64,000 nt of DNA, taken from contig JBFGJY010000003.1 in NCBI GenBank assembly GCA_041576975.1, positions 997-64,996 of the forward strand, written 5' to 3'. The notes beneath the pieces are model-generated. The model searched no databases. It was not told the origin of the DNA and was given only the letters and a program-made list of their open reading frames with translations. The DNA comes from Gammaproteobacteria bacterium (lineage in GTDB: Bacteria > Pseudomonadota > Gammaproteobacteria > UBA4575). Of this stretch, positions 1 through 10,025 are shown piece by piece. Each line of letters begins with the position of its first letter. The first letter of the stretch is position 1. The position numbers and the translations under genes are program-made.

Positions 1-65
1 AACCGTATAACTCAGAAGCCTAGTGTTCAATACAGCAACATTGTATAAATGGATTATATCTTGAT

Positions 66-98
66 TGTATGTCCGCTTTAGGTCGAATGCGGTCATTA
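66..98 (+). repeat. REP-like imperfect palindromic element, copy 1 (…ATGTCCGCTTTAGGTCGAATGCGGTCATT…)
   Basis: Near-identical to the elements at 26421, 29343 and 29939. A 9-bp stem (GAATGTCCG/CGGTCATTC type) flanks a ~16-nt loop. It sits immediately downstream of the 3' end of the minus-strand AKR gene. Confidence 0.6.
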
Positions 99-138
99 AG
101 GTGACATACAGTTAACAATTTACAAAACTATAACTTAA

Positions 139-1173
139 CTAAGGACATGGGTTTGGTTGTTGTTGATGTAATGCTTCAATTTCTTCCAGCAGCTCATCTG
201 AAATTTCTAGATTAATGCTGTTAATATTTTCAGATAATTGTTCCAAATTTGTAGCTCCAATAATATTTGCAGTAACAAACGGTCTAGAATTTATAAATGA
301 TAAGGCCATTGTTGTTGGAGAAAGTCCGTGTTGTTGTGCAAGTTCAACATATGCTTGTGTTGCTTTAACACCCTGATCATTGTTATACCGATCAAAACGT
401 TGAAACAAAGAAAGCCGTGCGTTTGCAGGCGCATTACCACCTAAGTACTTACCCGTTAATACACCAAATCCCAATGGCGAATACGCAAGTAAGCCTATGT
501 TTTCACGATGCGATATTTCTGCCAGCCCTATTTCAAAAGTTCGATTCAATAAGTTATAGGGATTTTGCACACTCACAACTGATGGCCAAGAGTTTGCCCG
601 TGCATAAAATTGATACTGCATTACGCCCCAGGGGGTTTCATTGCTGATGCCCAAATGTCTAACCTTGCCTTGCTCCACCGCCTTTACTAAACAAGCGTAA
701 GTATCTTCTATTGCAATTGAAGTATCCGTCTCTACATGTGAATAACCGAGCTTGCCAAAGTAATTTGTGTTTCTTGCCGGCCAATGCACCTGATATAAAT
801 CGATATAGTCCGTTTGCAGTCGTTTTAAACTTGCATGTAAAGCAGAGTTTATATGTTCGGGCATTAGCTGCGGACCATCTCGTAAATACGGCATCATTCC
901 AGGCCCAGAAACTTTGGTGGCTAATATAACTTGATCACGTAGACCACTCTTTTTAAACCAACTTCCAATATATTCTTCGGTTCGCCCTTGCGTTGGCTCT
1001 AGTGGTGGTACTGGATACATCTCCGCCGTATCAATAAAGTTCACACCTTGTGCCAATGCATAGTCTAGTTGGGAGTGAGCTTCATTTTCAGTGTTTTGTT
1101 CACCAAAAGTCATCGTGCCCAGGCAAATCTTACTTACTCTTATCCCGGTATTACTAAGTTCACTAAATTGCAT
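139..1173 (-). CDS. tas: NADP(H)-dependent aldo/keto reductase, Tas/YajO-like
   Basis: 344-aa ORF. The N-terminus ICLGTMTFGEQ…AHSQLDYALAQGVNFIDTAEMYPVP matches the Tas-type AKR family, and the length (~346 aa) is typical. Confidence 0.8.
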   Translation of the reverse strand: MQFSELSNTGIRVSKICLGTMTFGEQNTENEAHSQLDYALAQGVNFIDTAEMYPVPPLEPTQGRTEEYIGSWFKKSGLRDQVILATKVSGPGMMPYLRDGPQLMPEHINSALHASLKRLQTDYIDLYQVHWPARNTNYFGKLGYSHVETDTSIAIEDTYACLVKAVEQGKVRHLGISNETPWGVMQYQFYARANSWPSVVSVQNPYNLLNRTFEIGLAEISHRENIGLLAYSPLGFGVLTGKYLGGNAPANARLSLFQRFDRYNNDQGVKATQAYVELAQQHGLSPTTMALSFINSRPFVTANIIGATNLEQLSENINSINLEISDELLEEIEALHQQQPNPCP

Positions 1174-1190
1174 ACATTAAAAGGAAAAGG

Positions 1191-2312
1191 TCACATAAAA
1201 AGAGTTAGTACACCCGTATATCCATAAAGGCGGTTGTGAAAAATTTCTCCATTAGCAAAGAAACCTGCTAGAGGAAAATCACCTAATTCTTCTTGAATCA
1301 TTTTAAGTTCCTCTGAGTTTTCTCCAAACTGATAGCGTCCCCGTCCCAAACAGGTGTAGTACACACCGCCACGCGGGTTAGTTTTGATGCGCGACTTCAT
1401 TATTCTTAACATGCGCAACATGTCCTCTCTAGCACTGTTGCCATCACGTCGACAGAACATAAATTTACTACCTTCGTATAAGTAATCACCTACTGCAATT
1501 ATTTTTTCGTTTTCATCAAACCCGATGATGTTTCTAACCAAATAGTCTCCTGTATCAGAATACTCGATAGGGAGGCCAGCAAATATATAACCTGCGATTT
1601 TATATAAATCTTTTGCTAAGACTTCTCCTATGTCCTCTCGAAATACTTCAAGAGCAGGACGATGATCTAGTTCAATAAGTAAATTACGATCAGCTTTTGT
1701 AATAATATGTTGCTGGTCTAAAGGTGTGCACCCTTGTGTATGTCCTACGATAGTGCCCACTTGCGGTGAGAAAAAAATACCCGATACACTTCCGCTAATT
1801 ACCTCTTTAGCGATTTGATGATTCTGATAGTTTGATGAGGTTAAACCACCAACTAAATATGCTGCAGGAACAGTTTCCGAAATCTTTTCAATTATGTTTG
1901 GCGTAATAGGGTTACTAGGGTCGCCATGGATTATCCCAACATGCGGTAGTTCTTCCTTGCAGTAACTGGAAATCTGTTCAAGTAATTGTTCTTCGCTCAA
2001 ATCATTCGCGCCAATAATCGCAAAATTTTTAGTCTCAATATCTGCCAGCATTACTACTAAAGCTGCTTCATCATAGTACTCAGCTCCAGTGCTACATAGC
2101 CCGATACCCACTGTACCAACCCAATTTGTAATCCCAGTATCTTGCTTAAGTCGACCTACTATATTTTCTAAGTCATTACCAAGTGTGTCACTGGCATATA
2201 TAAATCCCAATTGAAACTTTCCTCGAACATCGCCAAGTTGTCGCAAACAATTATTTACAAGTTCACGTGCGGGTTGCCCAGATGCGATTGCAAGTTGAAA
2301 CTCTTCTGTCAT
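1191..2312 (-). CDS. hypothetical protein, possibly a FIST-type sensory domain protein
   Basis: 373-aa intact ORF in AT-rich DNA. Size and composition fit the two-lobed FIST N/C architecture, but the family assignment is from memory only. Confidence 0.55.
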   Translation of the reverse strand: MTEEFQLAIASGQPARELVNNCLRQLGDVRGKFQLGFIYASDTLGNDLENIVGRLKQDTGITNWVGTVGIGLCSTGAEYYDEAALVVMLADIETKNFAIIGANDLSEEQLLEQISSYCKEELPHVGIIHGDPSNPITPNIIEKISETVPAAYLVGGLTSSNYQNHQIAKEVISGSVSGIFFSPQVGTIVGHTQGCTPLDQQHIITKADRNLLIELDHRPALEVFREDIGEVLAKDLYKIAGYIFAGLPIEYSDTGDYLVRNIIGFDENEKIIAVGDYLYEGSKFMFCRRDGNSAREDMLRMLRIMKSRIKTNPRGGVYYTCLGRGRYQFGENSEELKMIQEELGDFPLAGFFANGEIFHNRLYGYTGVLTLFM

Positions 2313-2474
2313 GTAACTTGGTCTTTATGGCTATTTTTTTAACCTACCTGCCATTTTAAGTTGGTACGTTTTTTCCACTAGCATTTTTATTATCGGTGTT
2401 AGTAAAGTTTCCATTGCAAACACCATCTTTTCTGCAGACATAACAAGTTGGTTAGGCTGATATTAAATAAATTT

Positions 2475-3240
2475 TCAATTTTTTTCGCGTAACTCATCAA
2501 TGCTCAAAGTAAACTTTTCAGGACGACGTATGTGCAAAATGACTACGCTTTCATGTAGTGCTGGTATTTCTTGCACATCAAAAGGATTAGTTGTATCAAC
2601 GATAGGTGCGTGTTGAAAATTAACGTCTGTACGAGAAAATTGAGGTGAAATATTAGTAACATAGTCGGGCGTGCGGCGTACAATGATGTTGACTCCACAT
2701 CTGTATGCGAATAGCCGCGTTCGACACTACCACAAACGATTTTTTGAATCCATTCCAGATTCATTGTTGGCGCCACGCCTACTAATGGAGCTACATGCTG
2801 TGCGATATTAAAATTTTCTGTAATTAAACTGCCATGCAGTCCCTCATAAAATAAAAGGTCACTATTCGGTGCAATTGGTTCCCACAGAGTAAATGCACCA
2901 CGACTCAAATCAGGATAAGCCGCTGCTGCTTCCTCACTATGCAGATATAACCACATCTGACCTGTTTCAGATTCACCATGGTCGCAAAACAATTGACCTA
3001 ACCGATCAAGCAGATTGCCATCCGGTGAAAAATGCGTCATGCGATGGCCAAATAAATCTGGAAATATTATGCGTTCATACATCTCGGCACGCGTAAACTT
3101 GTAGAAAATATCACCCTCAATCACCACAGGATTAATGCCAATATCTGTGAATATGTGTTCAAATGCCTCGCAAACAGTTGAAGTACCTACGCCAGAGGAT
3201 CCAGTGACAGCGATGATCGGATGTCACGCAGACATAGGTT
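2475..3240 (-). pseudogene. prkB: phosphoribulokinase (PrkB/CbbP) pseudogene with a nonsense codon at position 4 and at least two frameshifts
   Basis: Minus-strand translation from ATG 3240 gives MSA*HPIIAVTGSSGVGTST, the PRK P-loop, with an in-frame TGA where PRKs have K/R. The annotated ORF continues …LLFYEGLHGS…VGVAPTMNLEWIQK…ERGYS, then leaves the PRK frame near 2715. Another frame continues …DYVTNISPQFSRTDVNFQHAPIVDTTNPF…, matching E. coli PrkB …DYINYITPQFSRTHLNFQRVPTVDTSNPF…. A third shift occurs at an A7 homopolymer near 2480, after which the next frame resembles …FISHINTLV…. Confidence 0.75.
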
Positions 3241-3580
3241 TATCCCCTATTCAAGATCGTGGTTGTTTGCACTGCTTGCGTTAGCAAGTCTAATCATACT
3301 AATCAGGGGCACGGTTGTTGCCTCCAGACAATCACTTTACCGATATCTAGAACTAAAAATAAATTCATGGTCCTAACGAATAAAAATAATTTCTATTAGT
3401 CTATAGATTGGTTGTAATTACATCCATGGTTTAACAAAGCGTGTTAAAATAATTTAACAACTACATGTAACCTCAGTGTTACCACCAACCATCGAGACCT
3501 GGTCTTAAGGTAGGAAACTCAATACCCGATATTCTGATGTTTGATAATACTTAAAGGACTATGAGTGTAATCAGGAGAAT

Positions 3581-5389
3581 GTGTTGATCTCGGCACAACA
3601 ATATACGCGTGAATTCGTTAGCCGATTTATTCCCTACTTAAACTGGTTGGGCGAATTAAAAGACCCATCTATTGTATGGAAAGATTGTGTTGCAGGATTA
3701 ACTGTAGCGCTGGTATTAATTCCGCAGTCGATGGCATATGCCCAACTCGCGGGTCTGCCCGCTTATTACGGTCTTTATGCATCGTTTTTGCCCGTCATTG
3801 TTGCATCGCTGTTTGGTTCCTCTCGCCAATTACAAACAGGTCCTGTTGCAGTAGTTTCATTAATGACAGCCGCCGCATTAGAACCTCTAGCGGCAGCAAA
3901 CCCAGAAGGTTATTTGGTTTATGCGGCAGTGCTTGCGATCATTGTAGGCATTTTTCAAATGTCGTTAGGCTTGTTACGCCTTGGTGTATTGGTGGAATTT
4001 TTATCTCACCCAGTCGTAATTGGTTTTACAAACGCTGCTGCAATTATTATTGCTGCATCTCAAGTATCTAAACTTTTTGGGGTATCTGCAGAAACTGGCC
4101 ATCATTTTTATATAACGATTTGGAATGTATTAGTTGAGGCATCTAAACACTCACACTTTCCAACATTAGCGATGGGCATTACTGCCATAGCAATCATTTT
4201 CGGGCTAAATCGCTTTGCTCCTAAATTACCAGCTGTACTTACAGCGGTTGTGGTTACAAGTCTTATTTCTTTATTGGTCGGGTACGAAACATTAGGCGGA
4301 AAAGTGGTTGGCAATATACCTGCAGGCTTGCCTGCTATTTCTGTACCTAGATTTGATATGTCGATCATGATTGATTTGATAGGAAAGGCCATTGTTATTG
4401 CGGTAATCGCTTATATGGAGGCCATCTCCATCGCTAAAGCTATTGCAGTTCAAACTCGTCAACGCATAGATGCCAACCAAGGCCTAGTAGGACAAGGCTT
4501 AGCAAATATTGTCTCTGGATTCTCTGGTGCTTATCCTGTGGCGGGTTCCTTTTCACGTTCCGCGGTGAATATGGCAGCAGGTGCCAAAACAGGTTTTGCT
4601 GCAATCTTTACTGGTTTAATTGTCGCGATGTCCTTAATACTGTTGTACTTCAGTCAGTATTTATATTATTTACCACAGGCCACCTTGGCGGCTGTAATCA
4701 TCTCTGCAGTAATTAACCTGGTTCGAATAAAACAAATTAAATATGCATTTCGTGTACATAAACATGATGGTTTTATTGCCATACTTACTTTCGTGTTAAC
4801 ACTAATTTTGGCACCGCATTTAGAACAAAGCATCTTTGTTGGCGTAGTTTTGTCGCTAGGTCTATTTATGTATCGAACCATGCATCCACACATATCCGTG
4901 TTGTCAAGACATGCAGACGGCACACTACGTGATGCGCAAGTTAACATTCTTAAAACTTGTCCACATATATCTGTATTGCGCTTTGAAGGACCGTTATTTT
5001 TTGCTAGTGCAATGTACTTTGAGGCAAAGGTGCTGGAGCGCGTTGCAGCTAAACCAGATCTCAAGTTTATTATAATTGATGCCGAAGCGATTACAGATAT
5101 TGATGCGACCGGTGAAGACATGCTTCACCAATTGTCGTTGCGTCTGGTTACCTTGGGTATCGAATTAGTATTTGCACGTACCAAGCGTCAAGTCATGGAT
5201 GTATTTGTGCGTACAGGATTTGCTGGGCCCGATTGGCATGATCACTTCTACCGATCTGATAAAGCTGCTATTGAATTTGCCTGGAAAAACATCAGTGATT
5301 GTGAAGAAGAGGCTTGCCCGCTTGCCACTGAGCATGAGTGTCCTGCAAGACGCTTAACACTGCTTGATAAAGAAACGGTAAATTTTTAA
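3581..5389 (+). CDS. SulP-family inorganic anion (sulfate/bicarbonate) transporter with C-terminal STAS domain
   Basis: 602 aa, multi-TM. The SulP signature region is PQSMAYAQLAGLPAYYGLYASFLP, with a C-terminal STAS-like soluble domain. GTG start with an AGGAGA Shine-Dalgarno 7 nt upstream. Confidence 0.85.
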   Translation: MLISAQQYTREFVSRFIPYLNWLGELKDPSIVWKDCVAGLTVALVLIPQSMAYAQLAGLPAYYGLYASFLPVIVASLFGSSRQLQTGPVAVVSLMTAAALEPLAAANPEGYLVYAAVLAIIVGIFQMSLGLLRLGVLVEFLSHPVVIGFTNAAAIIIAASQVSKLFGVSAETGHHFYITIWNVLVEASKHSHFPTLAMGITAIAIIFGLNRFAPKLPAVLTAVVVTSLISLLVGYETLGGKVVGNIPAGLPAISVPRFDMSIMIDLIGKAIVIAVIAYMEAISIAKAIAVQTRQRIDANQGLVGQGLANIVSGFSGAYPVAGSFSRSAVNMAAGAKTGFAAIFTGLIVAMSLILLYFSQYLYYLPQATLAAVIISAVINLVRIKQIKYAFRVHKHDGFIAILTFVLTLILAPHLEQSIFVGVVLSLGLFMYRTMHPHISVLSRHADGTLRDAQVNILKTCPHISVLRFEGPLFFASAMYFEAKVLERVAAKPDLKFIIIDAEAITDIDATGEDMLHQLSLRLVTLGIELVFARTKRQVMDVFVRTGFAGPDWHDHFYRSDKAAIEFAWKNISDCEEEACPLATEHECPARRLTLLDKETVNF

Positions 5390-6057
5390 CCGGTTTTTTT
5401 ATACACCTGAGCAAAAACTTGATGACCAAGTTTTTCGCCACGGCGCTCAAACTTCGTTTGCGGGCGTTGTTTAATTAAATTAGAGTTGCCGACGTTCTTA
5501 AACAAATTGCATCGCACTATGCTGTCTTGAATATGACTTGCATAGGGCTGCCAATCTGTCGCTATATTTAACTCCCCTTCACGGACGAGCTTTCTGGCAA
5601 CAAGTTGTACAAATTCAGTTTGCAGTAAGCGCCTTTTATGATGACGTTTCTTTGGCCAAGGATCGGGAAACCATATCAACACCGAAACAAAACTCTTTGC
5701 TGCAATATGCTCCTGCAATAATGTAACCACATCCATGTTTATCACGCGCACATTGATAAGCTCAGCTTCCGCTACCATTCTTAATAGAGAACCAATCCCA
5801 GGGCGATAAACCTCAACACCTAAAAAATTTAAATTCGGGTGTTGTTTAGCAAGCAACGTTAACGCTTCACCATTTCCAAAGCCAATATCGAGAACAATTG
5901 GGTTTAAATTACTAAATATACTTTGTAAGTCGAGCAGCTTGTCTGTAACTTCGATTCCATAGATAGACCAATAGTTTTCAATAGCCATTTGCTGACCTTT
6001 TGTGATACGGCCTTCACGACGAACGAAACTACGAATTACAGAAGAGGGTTTTTGCAA
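5386..6057 (-). CDS. trmB: tRNA (guanine46-N7)-methyltransferase
   Basis: 223 aa. Motifs VLDIGFGNGE (SAM binding) and FPDPWPKKRHHKRR are diagnostic of TrmB. Confidence 0.9.
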   Translation of the reverse strand: MQKPSSVIRSFVRREGRITKGQQMAIENYWSIYGIEVTDKLLDLQSIFSNLNPIVLDIGFGNGEALTLLAKQHPNLNFLGVEVYRPGIGSLLRMVAEAELINVRVINMDVVTLLQEHIAAKSFVSVLIWFPDPWPKKRHHKRRLLQTEFVQLVARKLVREGELNIATDWQPYASHIQDSIVRCNLFKNVGNSNLIKQRPQTKFERRGEKLGHQVFAQVYKKTG

Positions 6058-6075
6058 GAATGTGTTTAAAGGCGA

Positions 6076-6894
6076 TTACATAAAAGAGCCATCAATCGGT
6101 GATGAAGCAGATGCAAAGCGGCGTCTTGGCATACGCCCCGCAAGAAAAGCCTGGCGACCAGCTTCAATTGCAAGCTTCATTGCCGAGGCCATTAATACCG
6201 GTTGTTTGGCTTCAGCAATAGCTGTGTTCATCAAAACACCATCACACCCCAGCTCCATCGCAACGGCTGCATCCGATGCAGTACCTACACCCGCATCTAC
6301 TAAAATGGGCACGCTGGCATTTTCTACGATGGTGAGAATATTGTAAGGATTGCGCACACCTAGGCCGGAACCGATGGGCGCTGCCAAAGGCATTACTGCA
6401 ACACAGCCCATTTCTTCTAATTGTTTGGCCACGATTGGGTCATCATTAGTATATACCATGATTTGAAAATCTTCTTTTATTAAAATCGTCGCAGCATTCA
6501 AGGTTTCAACCACATTCGGGTACAATGTTTTTTCATCGCCGAGCACTTCAAGTTTTACCAAAGCATGGCCATCTAATAACTCTCTAGCTAAACGGCATGT
6601 ACGCACCGCATCTCTAGCACTGTAGCAACCAGCAGTATTGGGAAGAATTGTAAATTCACTGGGTGGAATTACATCGAGCAAATTGGGTTCATTTTTGTCT
6701 TGCCCGATATTGGTTCTGCGTATTGCAACCGTAACAATCTCCGCACCACTGGCCACGATTGCTGCACGTGTTTCTTGTAAATTTTTATATTTACCAGTTC
6801 CTACCAGTAAGCGTGACGCATATTGTTTTCCAGCAATGATGAGTATGTCTTCACTATCACTTATTAAACTGGCTGGCATTGGGTTTACTGTCAT
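6076..6894 (-). CDS. thiG: thiazole synthase
   Basis: 272 aa. [13 protein letters not shown]…[15 protein letters not shown] matches ThiG, and thiS/thiO are neighbours. Confidence 0.9.
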   Translation of the reverse strand: MTVNPMPASLISDSEDILIIAGKQYASRLLVGTGKYKNLQETRAAIVASGAEIVTVAIRRTNIGQDKNEPNLLDVIPPSEFTILPNTAGCYSARDAVRTCRLARELLDGHALVKLEVLGDEKTLYPNVVETLNAATILIKEDFQIMVYTNDDPIVAKQLEEMGCVAVMPLAAPIGSGLGVRNPYNILTIVENASVPILVDAGVGTASDAAVAMELGCDGVLMNTAIAEAKQPVLMASAMKLAIEAGRQAFLAGRMPRRRFASASSPIDGSFM

Positions 6895-6957
6895 AACGTT
6901 AGTTTTATGTTACATTTTTGTAAGGAATTAACAATCTGCTTTTAAAGCTATATATCA

Positions 6958-7644
6958 ATGTCAAATGGCTGGACTGACAATTTAGTTAATTTATTAATTC
7001 TAGCCTTGCTGCCTATATATGTAGGTGTGCACACATATTTTCTCCCTGCGTCTTTAAGTATAGGTGGTATCGCAGACGCCGGATTTGTCTCTATCATAAC
7101 ACTCACATTCATCGCCGCTGGCTTTGTCACTTTATTAACACTTATTTTTAACCCACTCTTCTTGGACACTTCAAGATTAACGGCAGCTGCCTCCTCTTAT
7201 GTAGTACTCATCTATTTTCTGCACGAGGCAGACATGCACCGATTATTAACCATAGAGGACGTAACCCACGGTAAATTTTACACCATGGAAAATGTACCTA
7301 TGTGGCAAAAAATAATTGCCGCACTGTTGTTAGTCCTTTTAGCAATTTTTCTCGTTTATTTATTATTTAAATATGCGCGTTTGATCTGGGCAAAAATACG
7401 CGCTTTCGAACCCTGGGCGGTGGCATTTTTTCTGTGGTTTGTGGTGCTGTTGATATCGCAACTAAGTGATAAATCAGGGTTGAATCACACGCATATAGGA
7501 AGGGTAATTCAGGAGTGCAGTGAGTGCTGGGGCGCCATTTTTATATTTCTTGCAACGATTCAGATAATTCCTACCCTTAAGCAACGCACACCTATTCAAT
7601 ATGGCGTAACAGCGTACGACGTAATGCGCAACCGAGAGATGTAG
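6958..7644 (+). CDS. hypothetical polytopic membrane protein inserted between thiG and thiS on the opposite strand
   Basis: 228-aa uninterrupted ORF in ~38% GC DNA with at least six hydrophobic segments. No recognisable family. Confidence 0.45.
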   Translation: MSNGWTDNLVNLLILALLPIYVGVHTYFLPASLSIGGIADAGFVSIITLTFIAAGFVTLLTLIFNPLFLDTSRLTAAASSYVVLIYFLHEADMHRLLTIEDVTHGKFYTMENVPMWQKIIAALLLVLLAIFLVYLLFKYARLIWAKIRAFEPWAVAFFLWFVVLLISQLSDKSGLNHTHIGRVIQECSECWGAIFIFLATIQIIPTLKQRTPIQYGVTAYDVMRNREM

Positions 7645-7650
7645 ATTGTC

Positions 7651-7851
7651 TCAACCACCGCCTATAGCTTGAATGATCTCCACACGATCACCAGCTTTAA
7701 GCACATATTGAGCAAACGAGCTGCGCACCACTAGCTCCTGATTAACCTCAACCGCAAGACGTTGATCTTTCATACCTAGTTCAGCAATCAGTCCTTCTGT
7801 GGTAAGGCCTTCAGAAATCTCTTTTTTATTGCCATTTAATAAAATTTGCAT
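7651..7851 (-). CDS. thiS: thiamine-biosynthesis sulfur-carrier protein ThiS
   Basis: 66 aa with the ubiquitin-like fold pattern, ending in …AIGGG (C-terminal Gly-Gly). Confidence 0.85.
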   Translation of the reverse strand: MQILLNGNKKEISEGLTTEGLIAELGMKDQRLAVEVNQELVVRSSFAQYVLKAGDRVEIIQAIGGG

Positions 7852-7933
7852 AGTTTCTTTATGTCAAACAGTTTGCTTTAGTAGTGGCTATAATCTGTGA
7901 ACACCATGAATAGTTCAACATCTAAAAATTACT

Positions 7934-9016
7934 ATGCGATATGACGTTCTTATAGTAGGCGGTGGGTTGATTGGCATGCTGACTGCTCGTGACTTGCAAA
8001 TGGAAGGTTTTAACGTTGCCCTGGTAGAGAAAAATCGACTAGGGGGTGAATCTAGTTGGGCTGCTGGTGGAATACTTTCTAAGCTATACCCTTGGCAACA
8101 AAGTGATGAGATGCAAAAGCTTATCGCTCAAGGGCAAGCGTCCTTTCCTGCGTTTATAGCGGAGTTAAAAGATGAAACAGGAATAGATGCGCAGTTGTTA
8201 CATAGTGGCATGATTATTGTTGATATAGATGAAAAACAAACTGCGCTTACTTGGTCTCAGAAAAACCAAACTAAAATTGAACTCGTTGATCGCAAGCAGA
8301 TTGATCAATTTGAACCAAACCTAGAAAAAAATATCAATTTAGCATTACATATACCCTCAGTGATGCAAGTGCGACCCCCATTATTAATAGAGGCCGTACA
8401 ACAATCTTTAATTGTACATGGCGTGCAAATTTTTGAAGGAGTAACAGCAAACAATTTAGTACTACAATCCAAAAAGGTAATAGGTATACAGACTAATCAA
8501 GAAATGATGTTTGCTGATCAAGTCGTTATTTGTAGTGGAGCTTGGACGCAACGACTTTTGAATAACGCCGGTTCCCTAGCTACAGATATTGAACCCGTAC
8601 GAGGTCAAATGTTGTTATTTAATACCAAACAAAAATTACTGTCTCATATTATAGTAAAAGACGGGTTCTATCTTATTCCTCGTAAAGACCGATACTTATT
8701 GTGTGGTAGCACGGTGGAATATGTAGGATTTAACAATGCTGCAACTCTAGAAGCTAAAGACCTTTTGAGATCACAGGCAAATCAGCTATGTCCCGCACTG
8801 GAGGATGAAGAAGTCGTTAAACACTGGTCGGCATTACGACCAGGCACTACTCGCGAGGTCCCCTATATTTGTGCACATCCAGAATTTGAGGGACTTTATA
8901 TCAATGCTGGACATTTCCGCTATGGCATCGTAACGAGCATTCCTACCGCTAAATTGGCTTCTGACCTTATTGCCAATAAGCTTACTGCATCACAAATCTC
9001 GGCCTATACATGGTAG
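7934..9016 (+). CDS. thiO: FAD-dependent glycine oxidase (ThiO-like, DAO family)
   Basis: N-terminal Rossmann motif DVLIVGGGLIGMLTARDL. 360 aa, divergent from thiS-thiG. Confidence 0.75.
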   Translation: MRYDVLIVGGGLIGMLTARDLQMEGFNVALVEKNRLGGESSWAAGGILSKLYPWQQSDEMQKLIAQGQASFPAFIAELKDETGIDAQLLHSGMIIVDIDEKQTALTWSQKNQTKIELVDRKQIDQFEPNLEKNINLALHIPSVMQVRPPLLIEAVQQSLIVHGVQIFEGVTANNLVLQSKKVIGIQTNQEMMFADQVVICSGAWTQRLLNNAGSLATDIEPVRGQMLLFNTKQKLLSHIIVKDGFYLIPRKDRYLLCGSTVEYVGFNNAATLEAKDLLRSQANQLCPALEDEEVVKHWSALRPGTTREVPYICAHPEFEGLYINAGHFRYGIVTSIPTAKLASDLIANKLTASQISAYTW

Positions 9017-9094
9017 AAAATAGATTCATTCACTACTAAACAAGGCCTTAGATGCATAAATAGACTTTGTCTAAATTATGGCTATAATTTATCC

Positions 9095-9520
9095 ATGGAC
9101 GTGAAAGCTGAATTTCCAAAGACTCGAGCTGAAGTTGTATCGTTATTGCGTGAATACAATATCACCCCCACACATCAACGCATCAAGATTGGTAAGGTCT
9201 TATTTACCCGTCCACAGCATTTGTCGGCCGAACAGGTGTTAGCGGCAGTAAACCAGGGCGATGATGAAGTATCCAAGGCAACCGTTTATAACACGCTTGG
9301 ATTGTTCGCCGAACACGGCTTAGTTCGTGAAGTAATCGTGGACCCATCCAAAGTATTTTACGATTCCAATCTAAGCAAACATCATCACTTGTATTATTCA
9401 GATTCGGGTGAACTCGAAGACATCGCGGACGAACATGTCGAGATTGCGAAATTACCAGAATTACCGGAAGACATTCAGATCGAAGATGTGGATGTCATCA
9501 TCCGTGTGCATCGTTGCTGA
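9095..9520 (+). CDS. Fur-family transcriptional regulator, Cys-less with an HHH motif (Irr-like)
   Basis: 141 aa. The winged-helix DNA-binding region is …SKATVYNTLGLFAEHGLVREV…. The metal site region SKHHHLYYSDSGEL lacks the CxxC pairs of canonical Fur/Zur. Confidence 0.65.
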   Translation: MDVKAEFPKTRAEVVSLLREYNITPTHQRIKIGKVLFTRPQHLSAEQVLAAVNQGDDEVSKATVYNTLGLFAEHGLVREVIVDPSKVFYDSNLSKHHHLYYSDSGELEDIADEHVEIAKLPELPEDIQIEDVDVIIRVHRC

Positions 9521-9569
9521 TTACAGATATACAAGCTTTTTCCTAACGCGCTATTATTCTCGAATTAGT

Positions 9570-9645
<76 letters not shown>

Positions 9646-9648
9646 CAC

Positions 9649-9671
9649 TTGCATGCGGGTATTGCATGCAA
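9649..9671 (+). other. perfect 8-bp inverted repeat TTGCATGC-N7-GCATGCAA immediately 3' of tRNA-Thr
   Basis: Seen directly in the sequence. No following T-run, so it is not a classic terminator. It may be a processing hairpin or an operator. Confidence 0.4.
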
Positions 9672-9809
9672 ATCAAGATCGGCGAAGCGACACTTGTCAA
9701 GAAATTTTACCGCTTATCTGGATTTTTAGTCCGTTTGATTCTGTAACTTATTTTTACAATTTGTTTATTTCTTACCCTTTCATAACCAAGAGAGAGTCAA
9801 GGAAAATTC

Positions 9810-10013
9810 ATGTCGAGTAGCAAGGAGCGCAGGTCTGGTGCTGACCGTAGGCAAGCACCAACGATTAAATATTTTCCAATATTAGATTCCAAAAGGCGTT
9901 ATATAGAAACTGACCGTAGAAGCGGCATTGAACGTCGCACGGATCCACGCACAACCTTACAGTTCATCGATGCGAAAGAGTTTTTGACGAAGCTAGGTGA
10001 TCTAGAAGATTGA
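9810..10013 (+). CDS. small arginine-rich hypothetical protein (67 aa) with repeated DRR/ERR motifs
   Basis: A strong AAGGAAA Shine-Dalgarno lies 7 nt upstream of the ATG. It contains GADRR…TDRRSGIERRTDPR. No family recognised. Confidence 0.35.
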   Translation: MSSSKERRSGADRRQAPTIKYFPILDSKRRYIETDRRSGIERRTDPRTTLQFIDAKEFLTKLGDLED

Positions 10014-10025
10014 GGATTTTAAAAC

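Noticed and set aside
3676-5357. ORFs inside or antisense to the SulP transporter gene (3676..4071, 4108..4392, 4292..4480, 4666..5121, 5172..5357).
   Set aside because: They overlap a well-supported 602-aa SulP CDS. Their Cys/Arg-rich composition is typical of out-of-frame translation.
6002-6931. 6002..6346 (+) and 6638..6931 (+) ORFs antisense to thiG.
   Set aside because: thiG on the minus strand is unambiguous, and the antisense ORFs have no independent support.
7852-7933. Possible TPP riboswitch between divergent thiS and thiO.
   Set aside because: The spacer is only 82 bp and lacks the conserved CUGAGA / GGGGUGC elements of THI-box RNAs.
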